Of a stretch of 64,000 nucleotides of DNA, positions 1 through 12,895 are shown one piece after another. Within the stretch, counting starts at the first letter, position 1; every line of letters begins with the position of its first letter. A program made the translations under genes and the position numbers. The DNA is taken from NCBI GenBank assembly GCA_010093995.1, contig ML992501.1:1018632-1082631 (forward strand), read 5' to 3'. The notes under the pieces were generated by a model. The model had not been told where the DNA came from, did no database searches, and saw only the letters and a program-made list of their open reading frames with translations. The DNA comes from Elsinoe ampelina (Eukaryota).

Positions 1-2152
1 ATCCTTATGTTGCTTATCCTAGGTTAGATATACATACTTAGTGTATAATATAATTACTAGCTAAGTAGTAAGGAATGCTATGTCCTAATTAGCTAGATCT
101 AGAATTAAGCCGGGCTTAGATCTAGAATGTAGCTTTTAATTAGCTTACTACTTAAAGAGGAATTAGATAATATATACCCCCCCTCGAATCCTGGCTTTAA
201 GTAGTAGCTACTTTTATAAATTAAGAATAAGAAAAGAATTTGAATTAAGAACTCTAGAAACTCCTAAATCTATATATAGCTTGTAATAGGAGACTAAATT
301 AATACTAAGATTAGGTATATAAAGAGCCTATACCTTTATCTTATCTCCCTTCTTAGTCTTAATAATAGCAGTTCCTATTAACTATAACTAAAAGTAACTC
401 CCCCTAACCTGGATCTATTAAGTGCATATCTTACTTAATAGGCCCCTAAAGAGAGTTAGCTTGTCTATTATATAGTTAGATACTCTAGAGTTAAGTATCT
501 ACTAATGATGTAGAAGCTTACCTTATACCTCTAATATAGAGCTTATAGTCTTAAGTTCCTCTTTACCTAACAGAACTTTAGGTAGTAGAGTTAAGATTAG
601 AGAGGAAGGTTCGAACCGGCCTTTAGTAGTAGTAAAGGCTTTGCCTTTCTTTAACTTGGATACTGCTTCTAGTCTGTTAACCTTCTTAGTAAGATACCTA
701 ATAAGGGTAACTAGATTATTAGAAGCTAATAGAGATCTTCTCCTCCTTAGTAGGCTCTTAGTAATCCTATAGGAAGGCTAAATATGCCTCTATACTCTTT
801 GAAGTTAAGGGCATCTAGTCATAGTATAACTAGCCTATAAGCAGAGGATATATATATAGCTTATACTTCTACTAGGTCCTTAATTTAGTCTCCCCCTAGC
901 AAATATAGTAATCTTATACTTACTAAGGCATCTCTCTTCCTCCTTAAGAATAAGAAGGACCTTATCTATATTAGTTAATCCCCTTACTTTAATTGCTTAC
1001 CTTATAAACCTATAGTTGTTAGGAAGAGAAGAGAGAAGCTACTATAATCTCTCTACTACCCTCTAATAACTTTTGTCTAAGTAGATAATAGTAATCTATC
1101 TTCCTAGGCTAGTAAGGTAGGACTAAGCTTTATTAATAGTGTTCTACTTATCTATCTTGTAGTTTACAAATTAGATAACTAGCTCCCTTACGCTTACCTT
1201 AAGGTTTGTTTTATACTTAGACTTAAGCAATCTCTAATACTCTAATATAAGCTCTTCCTTATATAGTAACTCTTTGTTATCTTATAAGATGCACTAGACA
1301 ACCTAGTACTTAGTAGTTGTATTAGCCTTTTACTAGTCCTTTAACTTAATAGGTAGGACTAAAAAGGAGCTAGAGGTATTATCGGATAATAGTGTTACTA
1401 AAGGGATAGTCTAACTACGAATAGTCTAGAAGGTATCCTTACTTATAAGGTATATTTCTATCTAGTAGAACTATTCCCTCTAGTTAAGTCTATTAAGCTT
1501 AATAACTAGTCTTCTTAAAGATAAGGACTAATCTTCTATAGTTAGGAATTAAGTTCTCTAAGGAGAAGAGAATTAAATAAATAGATAAAGGTTAAGTTTA
1601 GTTAATAACCTCTAGTTAATAGTTGTCTATAAGGCTAGCTAGGCCTTAGAGGAAGTTAATAAATCGGATATGTTTAGTTAATCTAGCTAATAAACAGCAG
1701 CTATAGTAGAACAATTATAGGAGTTAAACCTATGCTAAATAGAAGTACTATTCCTACTTGTTGTCCTAAGTAGTACAATCTTTTACGACTTATAGTACAG
1801 TCTACTAGGCTTACTAAAGGTATCTAGATAGTTGACTATAAGGCGGTAGGGATATTGTAATTCCACTTCCGTTTTGTTTAAGTAGTAGGCTAACTGCTAT
1901 ACATACAATCCTATACTTATACTATAAGCTCCGGGCTTATAACCTGTTAAGCAGAAGGCACGTTTAGGGGTAGAGTATTATATAGAACCAATCCGCACAC
2001 TAGTTAGGTGATAGACGAGTTAATTGATTAAGGAGTCTATCTACCGAAAGAAAGAACAGCTATAAATCCCTAGGACTTAGCATTACATGACCTATAGTTA
2101 TGTGACCTTCGGGCCTTAGTCTAATCATCTAGAGAGAGCTATATTCTTAACA
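1..2152 (-). mobile_element. RIP-degraded Ty1/copia LTR retrotransposon (family 2), 5' part (LTR, PBS, gag, protease), nested inside copia family 1; runs off the window start
   Basis: AT/TpA-rich with no ORFs. LTR 1945-2152 is bounded by TGTTAAG...CTTAACA. Minus-strand PBS GGTTATAAGCCCGG (RIP form of the fungal copia GGTTATGAGCCC) at 1931-1944. Minus strand near 470-505 reads tag ata ctt aac tct aga gta tct aac tat ata, which de-RIPs to the copia protease motif WILDSGASDHM. Confidence 0.8.
1945..2152 (-). repeat. 5' LTR (208 bp) of nested copia family 2
   Basis: TG...CA ends with a 7-bp inverted terminal repeat, directly followed by the PBS; homology to family 1 resumes abruptly at 2153. Confidence 0.75.
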
Positions 2153-4128
2153 CTACTAACTATAGCAGTTAGAAGGTAATTAATAGATTCTAAGCTTAGA
2201 TAGCCTATAACTTTATACTAAGACTAATTAGTCCTTATAGTAACTATAGTAAAGGTAGATAGTTAAGGATCCTTATTCTCCTTTAATACTATAGAAGTAA
2301 CATAGAGAACTTTAGAGTTATTCTCTAGTATATATTAGTTATACTTTAGTATAACTAAGAAAAGTACTTTTCCTTTATAGCTAACTTCTATAGTTTAAGT
2401 ATTCTAGTAGACTCTACTATTAATAAACCTTCTAAGGCTAACTAGATTAGTTATAATTAATAGTATATAGGCTACCTTTATAAGATAGATAGTTATAGAC
2501 TTTCCTTTATAAAGAGCTATAATATTAATAGTTCTCTAACTCTTAATACTAAGTAAGGTATTACTATAGAATAGCTTCTTATAAGGTTCTATAATTCTAG
2601 TAACCTTATATCTATTCTTTATAGTATAATTATAGATATAATTAGTTACTCTAGAGTCTAGTATCTATAAGCTTAAGATATTACTAGTAGCTAAAATAAA
2701 TACTAAGTGTAATTCTATAGTTATAGCTATATTAATTAGTACTAGTAGGGTTAACCCCTTTTAATGTTATACTTCTTTAGTAAGGATAGTATTAATTCTC
2801 TCCTTAAGCGTCTTATTATTTAGTCTTTATTTAACCTCCTTTATAGTCTACTAGTTTAGTATCTATCTATCTAGCCTTATATACTTATTTAAGTAATAGT
2901 ACTTACTCTACTTATGCCGGCCTTAATATATATACTTAGGCTCCCTAATAGAACTAGGTTTCTTATAAAGAATATTCTTAGTAGCTATAGGGAAGGCTAT
3001 AGCCCTCTTACTAGTCTTTATAGTATTATATAGCTTATAAAGCTTATAGAACTATCTAAATTTAGTAATTAGTTTAAGTATAGTTAGTAGAGTTAGTAAA
3101 TCTAGATTAATAAGGTACTTATTAGTAAATACTAGTTTAGTTTTAGAGATAGAGAGTAAGAAGTCTCTCTATAGCCTTAAGCCTTAAGCTTCTAGTAGAT
3201 TATAATTTCTAGCCTTGTCTATAACCTCTTCCTATTACTAAAGCTAATAGTCTATATTCTATAAGAAAGAACTAGATTACTACTTTCTCTAGAGTACTTT
3301 AACCTTAAGCTAAATAGCTATATTAGATAGAGCAAATCTGTTCTTTAAAGCTTAAAGAATAGCCTATAGATAAGAATCTTCTTCTAGCTAAATAATAGTA
3401 AAAGCTTATAGTATAATTAATAACTAAATAAGGCTAGCTAAATTAGCTAAGGCCTTATATAATTTATTATACTATACTTATTCCTCCTTATATATCTAGA
3501 AGAGTGCTAAGAAGTTAATATTTGCTACCTCTAGCCTCTAAAGCTTAGGGAGCTCCTCTAGCTTAATAGTCTTCTAGGGATTAATAAGGTTCTATATCTT
3601 AGTGTTTAAAGCTCTTATCTTAATAATATATAGCTAGCTAGCCTATTTAGCTAATATAGCAAGAATAATAGGTGTTCTAGCTATTAAAGTGTTAGTATCT
3701 ATAGTTGTTTATCTCTTTATTAACACTGAAATCCTATAGTTATAATTAAGACAGTTCTTAATAGATTCTAATACTTAAAAAGTAAAATAATAGAGAATTA
3801 ACTAATAGATTAAGTAGAAAAGTAACTAAGTAATATACTTATATAGGGGTAGTTATACTAGGCTTATAACTATTAGCTTATGTGTAGGGAGAATAAGATT
3901 TATTACTGCCTAATCTACTAAACTAAGGTAGATTATAACTATATAAATACTTAACCTAATAAACTAAGAGATAACTAAATTAATAGAACTCCTAAATAAT
4001 AACAGATTAAGACAATAATCATCTAATTTGATCATGGATTAGTAAAATAGTGAGATAGTGTTTAGTTCAACCTTAGGATGAACTGAATCAGGGTCTCCTT
4101 GGCGCTCCAGCTTATGCCTCGGTTGACA
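2153..4128 (-). mobile_element. RIP-degraded Ty1/copia element (family 1), 5' LTR-gag-protease-start of integrase, interrupted at 2152
   Basis: Reverse complement aligns by eye with 19523-21500 (same LTR, PBS, WILDSG protease region); differences are mostly C>T/G>A. Confidence 0.88.
3871..4128 (-). repeat. 5' LTR of copia family 1 (about 258 bp)
   Basis: 4081-4128 is the near-exact reverse complement of 19523-19571 (TGTCAACCGAGG...); PBS-like GTTATAAGCC is adjacent on the minus strand. Confidence 0.85.
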
Positions 4129-4403
4129 GTGCATTATTCCAGAGTCTTGCATCTGCCGTCTCTCTCTTCAACTCCGTAAAAAAGCTGAGCAGGCATCTCG
4201 CACTGACGAGCACTCAGCTTGCACATCTCAGGTCCGGTCTACACCCATGGAAGACCGTAGGAAAGGAGATACGTCTTGCTGCGGTCTGATGCACTTACGT
4301 CACGCGCCTCAGGCAACGACTTTCGAAAATAGCCTCTTTAGACCTTGATATCAAACATAACACGAACAATGCATGTCGGATTACTCGATATCGAAGGCCT
4401 CCA

Positions 4404-5732
4404 ATGCCACGAAAGGGATACAAGAAGTCGCGGTTCGGCTGTGCCAATTGCAAGAGACGACACCGACGTGTAAGATATCCCACATCGCTCTTCAATTCGT
4501 CGAATTCCTCGTTTCAAGGTGCAGGGGTTGGTGTATGCAGCAAGAGGCTTTTGCACTGCTGAACCACCCGGTACAATCTCAGCTGCTGACTTGACCCTTA
4601 GTGCGATGAAGGGCTTCCAGCGTGTCTGGGATGTCTTATGGCCAATGACACATGCTCCTATCTTCTACCTTCGAGCATCAAGCCACCAGGACAGCGTGTA
4701 CACTCTGCGAACTCAACGACTACTACGCCATTACCTGCAGTACAAGCTTCATCAACTACGTCGCCCGACGTAGCATCACCAGTATCCGAGCCGCCCACGC
4801 CATCTCCTGGGACCACTGAAGCTCCCAACCTCAAGCATTTGTATCTGTTGAGCCTTTACATGCGAGACCCTTACTGTCTGATTGGTCTCGTTCGGAGCAC
4901 AGATTCTCAGACAAGTCTCGATCTCTTCCTCAAATACGCTCTCCGTAATGACTGGTTCATGTCAATCCTCTTGGCCTTCACAGCATTGCGCAAAGCCATC
5001 GATGATGGAGGTAACAACGAGCTACATCGCCAATCTATGGAGCAGCTCGACTACGGGTTCCAAGGATTTGGCGAAGCTATGCAGAACATGACATCCGAAA
5101 CTGTCAACGACATCTTCTTGGCTTCGGGACTGATCAGTCTACACATGTTATGCGACACATTCGCCTTTGCGCACGAAGACTCCAACAAGGAGTATCTCGA
5201 TCGAATCATCCGTACTATCAGAGTGATGCAAGGCACGCGAGCCGTCTTACGTGAAGGGAATTGGGACGTTATTCGGACTTCGGACGTGGCTCCTCTTCTT
5301 GGTTTGGACACCGTCATGCTGCCATTCGGGACGGATTCAAGGACACCACATTTCCAGCGGCTATACACACTTCTTCAAGCCTCGGACATGAGTGAGCCAC
5401 TCAAGGCTGACTGTGCGGAGGCCATCGAGCAGCTTCTCAAGACTTATGGATCTGACAGTGAAGATGGCGATGCTCGGCACAAATCTCGATCGCTTAGGGC
5501 CAGAGCTTGGGCTGCCGTCGTCAGTCGTCCCTTCACGGACCTGCTCCAAGATAGGAATCCGGAAGCCTTGATCATTCTGACACATTGGGGTGTGCTCTTG
5601 CATGATCTGGAGACAGACTGGCCGATCGGGGGCTGTGGACAGCGAATCATCTCCACTGTCGAAGAATGTCTTGACGATACTTGGAAGAAGTGGGTCAGAT
5701 GGCCTCGTGAGATGGTGTCTGAGCTCGTCTAG
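4404..5732 (+). CDS. Zn(II)2Cys6 transcription factor, Upc2/Ecm22-like C-terminal domain; exons 4404-4469 and 4602-5732
   Basis: Spliced N-terminus MPRKGYKKSRFGCANCKRRHRR|CDEGLPACLGCLMANDTCSY has all six Cys. Intron GTAAG...GCTGAC...TAG. C-terminal 'PEALIILTHWGVLLH...W..WP' is typical of this family. Confidence 0.88.
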
Positions 5733-5988
5733 CATTAGAGAATGGAACAATCTCGCATGTCGCTATAGCACACACGGTTGACGTACCACCAGCTTCTGGA
5801 AAAGCTCAAGAGGTCCCTACCGGACTTATGAAGATTGGGACGAGTGCATGGGTGGGTTGCAAAGTAATTCTATGCTTAATTCAAGTACGACCTCGCTAAT
5901 GCTATAACAGGCCTCGATAATGTGGGCACACTGCCGTATTCATGCTGCAAATTGCCCTTCGTCACACCAACCCTTTCGATCGCACCAT

Positions 5989-6933
5989 CTACTGCCTCCC
6001 CTTCCCCCAAGTATCATGGCCTCCTTGATATCCAGGTGACTCCACCATTGGCACGCCATGATCCTGCGAATTCGCACTGGAGGCGACAGCTGGCCTCTCG
6101 ATTCCTGCGGGATACCACCACCAGAAGACCATGGTTGCCAGGAACATCAGAGTCGCATCGAAGACATAAAGAGTCCACTCAGATTTGAGCAGATATCCCT
6201 CCTGACCTTGGACGTACTCGATCAACCTGAAGACAGAACGGACGAGGATGAGAATACTGGCGGCGTACAGCATCCACATTAGTCGCTGCCAGTTGACTCT
6301 AGTATCATACTGCTCTTTCACGGGTGCCTTGCGGATCCTCAGGTGAAAGATCACCGCGGTAATCGCGAAGAAGCTGAACAAGACGATTTGGATGACGAGA
6401 CCGGCAATGATGAGGTTGTTTCCCATGTTGGCGGTGCTGCGATTCGAGCTGGCCATCAGTCCTCCGCCTCCACCCTGGACCATGAAAGATACAACATCAC
6501 CAATGACGAAGATCTTGGTCATCCACCGGACCGGGACAACAGAGTACGCCTGACCATTAATGTGTCGTATCAATCTTCCTAGTACCATGTAGATGGACGC
6601 AGCGTACAGAGCGGGAGCAACCAGTAGCAGAAGACTCTGTATGATGAATGGAATCAAGGCGTTGGTTCGGGGCTGGCAGATGATGCGGAAGACGTAGCCC
6701 ACACATTCGACTGCACCTTGTTAGCACTTGGCTTCAATCCGAGTCATCGAAGGATACTCACAAACGACTCCCACCAGCAAGGGAACCACAAACCACGTCT
6801 TGGTCCTGAACATGCGTATGCTGAGAAGAACCAAACCAACGGCGAAGAGAGCCGCGAAGACCGCCGCGGCAGGGATAGAAGGGAGGTATTTCCAGACATA
6901 GTAACCGCTCTCCAGAGGACGAAGAACCGCCAT
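5989..6933 (-). CDS. RTA1-like 7-TM protein (Rta1/Rsb1 family); exons 6933-6762 and 6710-5989
   Basis: Motifs YYVWKYLPS, LLVAPALYAASIYMVLGRLI, KIFVIGDVVSF, RSVFRLIEY, LYVFDA; intron GTGAGT...CTAAC...CAG at 6761-6711. Confidence 0.9.
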
Positions 6934-7155
6934 TGCAAGTGGTGTGTACCAAGCTCTCTCCAACCAACGCTGATAGCACACCCGCGTCGTCTCGAGCCTT
7001 GGTGGTGTGACGCGAGTGGAAAGCGCAGTCCCGTCTGGTCTATTGTAAAAAAAAGCGATTACAATTTCCAATCCTCGAATCCAAACCCTTCGATGCTGTT
7101 GGAATGGGAATTCCACAACTGCGCCTGTGTCCCTTATGTATACCCAGAATCCCAC

Positions 7156-7340
7156 ATCCCGCGGGATCAACGACATCGTGTATGGGGGGTCCTGCACCGC
7201 CTGTCGTCAACATTGGACCCGAAGCGTTGGACCATTTGCGCATCCCGCCGGGAAGGAGGAGCTGTGATTGGTTGGCTTGTCAAGCGGGCTGTATTGATGC
7301 TCAGCTTGGCGCCACTTGGGGGGAGGGGATCCCGCGGGAT
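7156..7340. promoter_or_regulatory. Repeated 12-bp palindrome ATCCCGCGGGAT upstream of the RTA1-like gene
   Basis: Exact copies at 7156-7167 and 7329-7340 and a variant ATCCCGCCGGGAA at 7242-7254, 220-400 bp upstream of the ATG at 6933. A regulatory role is inferred. Confidence 0.5.
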
Positions 7341-7742
7341 TTGACCCAGTACCTTGACCACCGTAGAGGTGCCTCTGATGACTGAGCACTCTAGTGGTGG
7401 CTCGAGCCGCGCAATGTGGTCCACGGGCACGTGGGATTACGTAATGGGAGGTTACACGCTTGTCACGGTGGAGGAGATGTGATCGCGCGGGAAACGGTGG
7501 CTATGCTGGATGTTTGATGAGACGGGCACTGTTGAGACACGAGGCATGGTTCCATGCAGAAGATTGTCCTTGCCAGTTGTTCATTTCCACGTCCTCTATC
7601 TGGGTCATTTCATGCTAGATGCTTTGCCTGGTGCACTGCAACACCTCTCGACGCTCGCCCCTTCAGCCTGGGCAATAGCCACGCTCTTCGCCTGCGACTC
7701 TGAGCCAAAGACACACCGTCCGTACGACTTCTCAAACCACGC

Positions 7743-10016
7743 TTATGCCGCCGCACCCTCCACCTTGTCCGTGATGAGCTTGGTAATCTTTCCAATAGCA
7801 ATAGTTTGACCCTAGTCCACGTCAGTCTCGTTCTCCCTCTCAATACTCTCTCGAATGCAACTCACCTGATCCCTCAACGTAAACCTCCCCAACTGGGGAT
7901 AATCCTCAAACCTCTCCACACAAACACTCCCCGCCCCGCCCTGCACCTCCAACCTCGCGATGATACTCATCCCCTTGGTCGCGAACCCAGGCGCCTTCTT
8001 ACTCTTCCTCCCCGTGCCCTTCTCAAGCTTATGCAACAGCGCCGAAAACGTCACCTCCTCGGTCGCAGAATGCACGTGCATCACGCAGTTGAAGCCCGCG
8101 GACAGGATACTCTTGATGTCCAGCAACACGATCTGCGCCTCAAAGGCCTGCACGCAATGCACGGGCCGACGTGGCGAGCAGAGCACGAAGCCCGGGAGGA
8201 TCTCGTCTTCTTCTGCGCCTTTGATGCGCAGCCGCACTTGGTCGCCGCATGTAGCGTGGGGTATCTCGTCCTCGGTCTCGCCGTACAGTGCCACGATGTT
8301 GATCTCCGCTTTCGTCGGCATGAGCATGTACTTGACGTCCTTCTTCAGGACGCCCGAGTCGATCTTGCCCTCGATCATGGTGCCGAGATCGCGGTACTTG
8401 GCGGCGACGGGCATCATGAGGGGGGCGTTGAGTTTGCGGTCGAGAGCCTGCATGTTGTCGAGGTATTCGAGGAGGGAAGGGCCGTCGTACCATGGCGCGA
8501 GATCCTTGGGGACGCGGTTCTTGATGCCGATCATGGTTTGCGCGGATACGGGCATGAAGGTGAGGTCGGTTTTGGGGTTGTAGCCTACGCCTTTGAGGAA
8601 GACGGTGAGTTTGGTGATGCATTCTTTGAAGCGCTCCTCGCTCCATTCGACGGTTTGGTCGTCCATTTTGTTGACCACCACGACGAGCTTGTTGACGCCT
8701 TGGGTTTTGGCGAGGACGGCGTGCTCGCGGGTTTGGCCTCCTTTTTCGAAACCCGTCTCGTATTCGCCCTTTCGTGCGGAGATGACTAGGCAGCCTACGT
8801 CGGCTTGACTGGCTCCACCGATCATGTTGGGGACGTATGTCTTGTGGCCCGGCGCATCGAGGATGGAGTATCGTCGCTTTTCCGTCTCGAAGAAACCTCG
8901 ACCGACTTCTACCGTCTTACCCTTGCTTCTCTCCTCCTTCGTCAGATCCAGGGCCCAGGACAGGTACCAACTCTCTGTGCCGGCTTCCTTTGCGTCACGC
9001 TTGTACTTGTCCATTGTCCGCTCATCGACCATTCCAGTCGCGTAGAGAATGCTTCCACCCAATGTACTCTTACCAGCATCGACGTGACCCAAGAAGATGA
9101 CATTGATGTGCTCCTTCCCGTACATCTCCTTCAATGTCTCCTCATCAACATCTGCGGACTGCTCTTGCGCCACCAGATCAGCTTGCCTGGCTTCGGCCCT
9201 CTTCTCCGCTCGTGTCGGCGAGTTGCGACCCGAATTGGGCTGCGGCGATGTCTTGCCAGATGGCGCATCTGCTGCCTTTTCCACCTTCTTCGCAGCTGTG
9301 ACGGCGGCGCCAGTGCCGGGAGCTGCCTTTTCGGGCTCCTTGGCTGCCTCTTTCGCTGCTTCTTTCTTGCTGGGTGGGGAAGCTTCGGCGGGTGTGCCTA
9401 TGCTGAGGACCTTTGTGCCACCAGTCTTCTCCACCTTGGGTCCTGCTTTGCCCGTGTCTTCTGCGCTGAGAGAGAGGGTCTTGGGCTTCGCTGCGCCGGT
9501 ATCCTCGGCGCTGAGTGACAGAGTCTTTGCCTTTGGTGCGCTGTCGCTGCCGATCTTTGGTGACGATCCGGATGGAAGAGCCTCGCCTCGTTTAGCGACT
9601 TGTGGGACAGTTCTCTGTTGTTGTTGCTGTGGTTGCTGCTGGTTGTGTTGTTGTCCATATCCTCCATACTGCTGATTATATTGCTGACCGTATCCCTGTT
9701 GACCATATCCTTGCTGATTGTACTGGTTGTACTGGCCGTACTGCTGTTGCTGCTGGTACTGACCGTATCCTTGCTGACCTTGTCCATAACCTTGATACTG
9801 GCCATAGCCTCCTTGTCCATACCCTTGCTGGCCATAGCCACCATACTGCTGGTACTGCTGTCCAGGCTGGAACGTGTTTGCGCCGGGCGTGAAACTGTTG
9901 GCGCCAGGTGTGAAGTTTTGCTGCTGCTGTCCCATGTTCAGGCGCTGCTGAGTCTGACGGGACAGGTTGTCATCCTGCGCATCGGGCGAGTCTTCCCATG
10001 AGTTGAGGTCCGACAT
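7743..10016 (-). CDS. SUP35: Eukaryotic peptide chain release factor 3 (eRF3) with Q/G/Y/N-rich N-terminal domain; exons 10016-7866 and 7811-7743
   Basis: GTPase motifs GHVDAGKST, LDAPGH, NKMD and ...GRFTLRDQ|GQTIAIGKITKL after removing intron 7865-7812; N-M-C architecture. Confidence 0.97.
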
Positions 10017-10660
10017 CTTGTGCTAGCTCGGTGACGGAAGTCTGTAGAGGTGAGATGATGTCGGAGGCGTAGAGAACAGGTGAGGAGATGTGGGCTGCAA
10101 CAATGCTCACCGCACGGCCAGTTTTGATGGTGGGGTTCGGAAATTTTGTCACCAGCCCGTGCAGCCCTGACTTTGTCTCGATCACCAAAATGCCCAATAC
10201 CACGTCAGCCACATGCCGATGAGTCCAAGTGAGTCGACGCATGTCATGGAGAATGTCGAGCCCAACGAGCAGGCCGACGTGACAGGCTTGTGAGCTTGTC
10301 GAGCTCACGACACAGGTGAGACCGTGAGACACCACCAGCTCCCACTTCTTCACACTGCGGCCACCTTCATGCGTGAGGACGTTGGCACTATACGACCATG
10401 ACGCCTCGTCGTTCTACTCGAATATTCACCCCCTCATAGTCTCACAGCACCGACTTTTAGATTCACATACGAGGCAATTTGCCCGACTAGCTATGATGAG
10501 AGACGACTATTAGATCCGCTACATACGCTCGATCCAACCCTCCTCACATCCAACAGCCCAATAGTCCCCGAAGCAGAGAGACCCTGTGACCTTCGCTCAA
10601 TGATATACTTTTTGATTCATCCAAGTCATAACACATAAAATGCCGAGTTGAGATAGTCGT

Positions 10661-12895
10661 CTACTCCTGCTGCAAAGTCCATCTCCTCTTCGGAGTGCGA
10701 TCTCTCTCATAGTTTCCAGATGGCGCGCTGCCCCATAGTCCTTTCTGCGACAACTTCCTGCCGATGCTGCTTGGCATCTGAGCCGTCGTGCCAGGTAGCT
10801 CGCTGACCGAGTCACGCATCTCGCGGCTTGGACTGTCGGTCGTGGTAGAGATGCGAGGGACGCTCGTGGGATCCTCGCTCTTCGGTCGTGTCGGGACAAG
10901 CGGTGCCCCGAGACGCGAGTCGGGGACGTACGAGATACCGAGCTTATTATCGGGTTCCACGCCGGACAGGTCGACGGGATCGCGCACTGGACTGGATTGT
11001 CTATCACCAGGCATCTCCTTCTCAGCCCGTGCTTCGGGTAAAGGTGGAGTGCTAGGCATCCACAAGCCAGTCGCGGAGGTAGCAGAAGAGACAGAGCCGG
11101 AGCGCTGTGGCGGGCCCATGTTCTGCATGGATAGACGCCTAATGCTACCCAGTGCTGCGCTCATGTTGTGAGGGCGTGGATGCTCAGTGACAGCCCAATT
11201 GACCTCTAGTGGCGAGCCGGCTGCTGCGTGAGAGGACAACAACGTGCTACGCCTGCGTGACTCTGGCACGGTTTTTGACGCTGCGAGACTTGGAGATGAC
11301 GGCGTTGGCGTGGCCGGTCGTGTTGGATCCGCACCAGGTCGCAGATGTTCTGAAGATGCAACAATCTTCATGTCATACTTCTGAGACAAGCCCGTGCTGA
11401 TCGAGCCATTCCGTCTTGCTCCTCGGTCGACGGTGGGTGAGGAAGTTGGAGAAGCGATTTGTGGCATGTCGTGATGCGGCTCATGTCCATTCACCCTCTC
11501 TTCCTTCCGCACAGCCATGGTCATTGATGCCATGCCCACGTCGAGCAGGACCGGCTGCTCGGTCAGTGCCCCAATAAGTGCGTTGCATCCGGCGCCGTGG
11601 GTAACAAGGACTACCACAATATCTTCGTCAGCGTCGTGATGGTCGTGATCCTCGACTCCGGGAACAGCTTCATGGTCGTCAGGAATTTGACCACTTTCGT
11701 TTTCACCATACCAATCGATCAAGTGGTTGAGGCCCTTCCGGAAGCGCTTGTGCATGGCTGACCATTCCTCACCATATTCTCCTCCGTCGCCCCAGAGAAG
11801 GGGTGGGCGCATGCTATCCCACTGATAATCGACGTCAACGCAAGCGTCCCGTGCGTGCGCAACGTAGCCTCTCGGAATAGGCTCTACTGGTGAAATGGCA
11901 TAATTGGGGTTTGGCGGGTTGTAGCCCAGGTCAGGAAGAACCTCGCTCGATACAGCACGCTGAAGTACGGGCCGACCAAAAGGGGAAACACGGCCACTGC
12001 TGTAGCTACTCGTCCTGTCTCTCCCAGGTAGTGCTTGTGACAGACTCTTCATATCCAGAGGACCATCCGCAAGGTGTGGTGCAGAAGTAGGCTCTGGACC
12101 TTTGCCGCCGGTCCAAAGATTGCCTTGGGATTGCTTGCCGCCTGCGCCAGGTGTGGAAGGGCCGGGGGAAAGTGAGAACGACGCCATGTCCTCCCCTCTC
12201 CGTAGCAAATCCGCCTTGGCTCCTGCCACCATCATCGTGCTGTTTGGTGGAGGTGTGATGAGATCAAAGTAATCCGGAGACAGCCATTCCCCAAGGTAGG
12301 CATCGATCCGTAGCGAGGTCTTGCCTTGCTTCGGCTGATGCTTCAGGCTCTTGATCAAGTGACTCCTGGCTGCCACTGATGCAGCTGTCGCATCTACAGC
12401 ATGTAGACGAGGGGACGGCTGGAATTCGCGCGAAGAACGTGGTTTTGAGTCGCTCCGTGCCCGTCCTGCTCGAACGCTTTGGTATTGGGAAATGCCTGCG
12501 CTGATCCCTATTCCAGTCTGTACACACCTCTGAAATGGCGAGGAATGGACGTAGATTTTATGCTTCCTTTTTCTGGTTGGCGGCTTCACCTCTGGCGCGA
12601 CTGAATCATGGCTGCCATTGCCGACAGTCAGCTCATGGGGTTCCGCCGGTACGTCGCCGGTCAAAGAGTCTTCGCGGGCATGGAGTAGACTGGCGATTCT
12701 AAGGCCAAGTGCTCGAGACTGTGTCCAGCCGCCATAGGTCAAGGGGGGATCGTAAGGTGTTGGAGAGCTGAGATGCCAGCTCTTGTCTGCAGCATCGAGT
12801 CTTGCGCCGTGTCTGGGGTCTCGTCAGGTGGTGGCTTCGTTGCTGAGCGGGTAGACTTACCTGGCGATGATTATGACTGCTGGCTGCTTACCCAT
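10661..12895 (-). CDS. Histidine-phosphatase / phosphoglycerate-mutase family protein; exons 12895-12861 and 12812-10661
   Basis: Spliced start MGKQPAVIIIAR|HGARLDAAD...YDPPLTYGGW gives the RHG motif; also HSSPFQRCVQT, LGEWLSPDYF, LVTHGAGCNALIG. Confidence 0.87.

Noticed and set aside
7806..9675. Long plus-strand ORFs opposite SUP35
   Set aside because: Antisense shadows of a gene with biased codon usage; no recognisable motifs.
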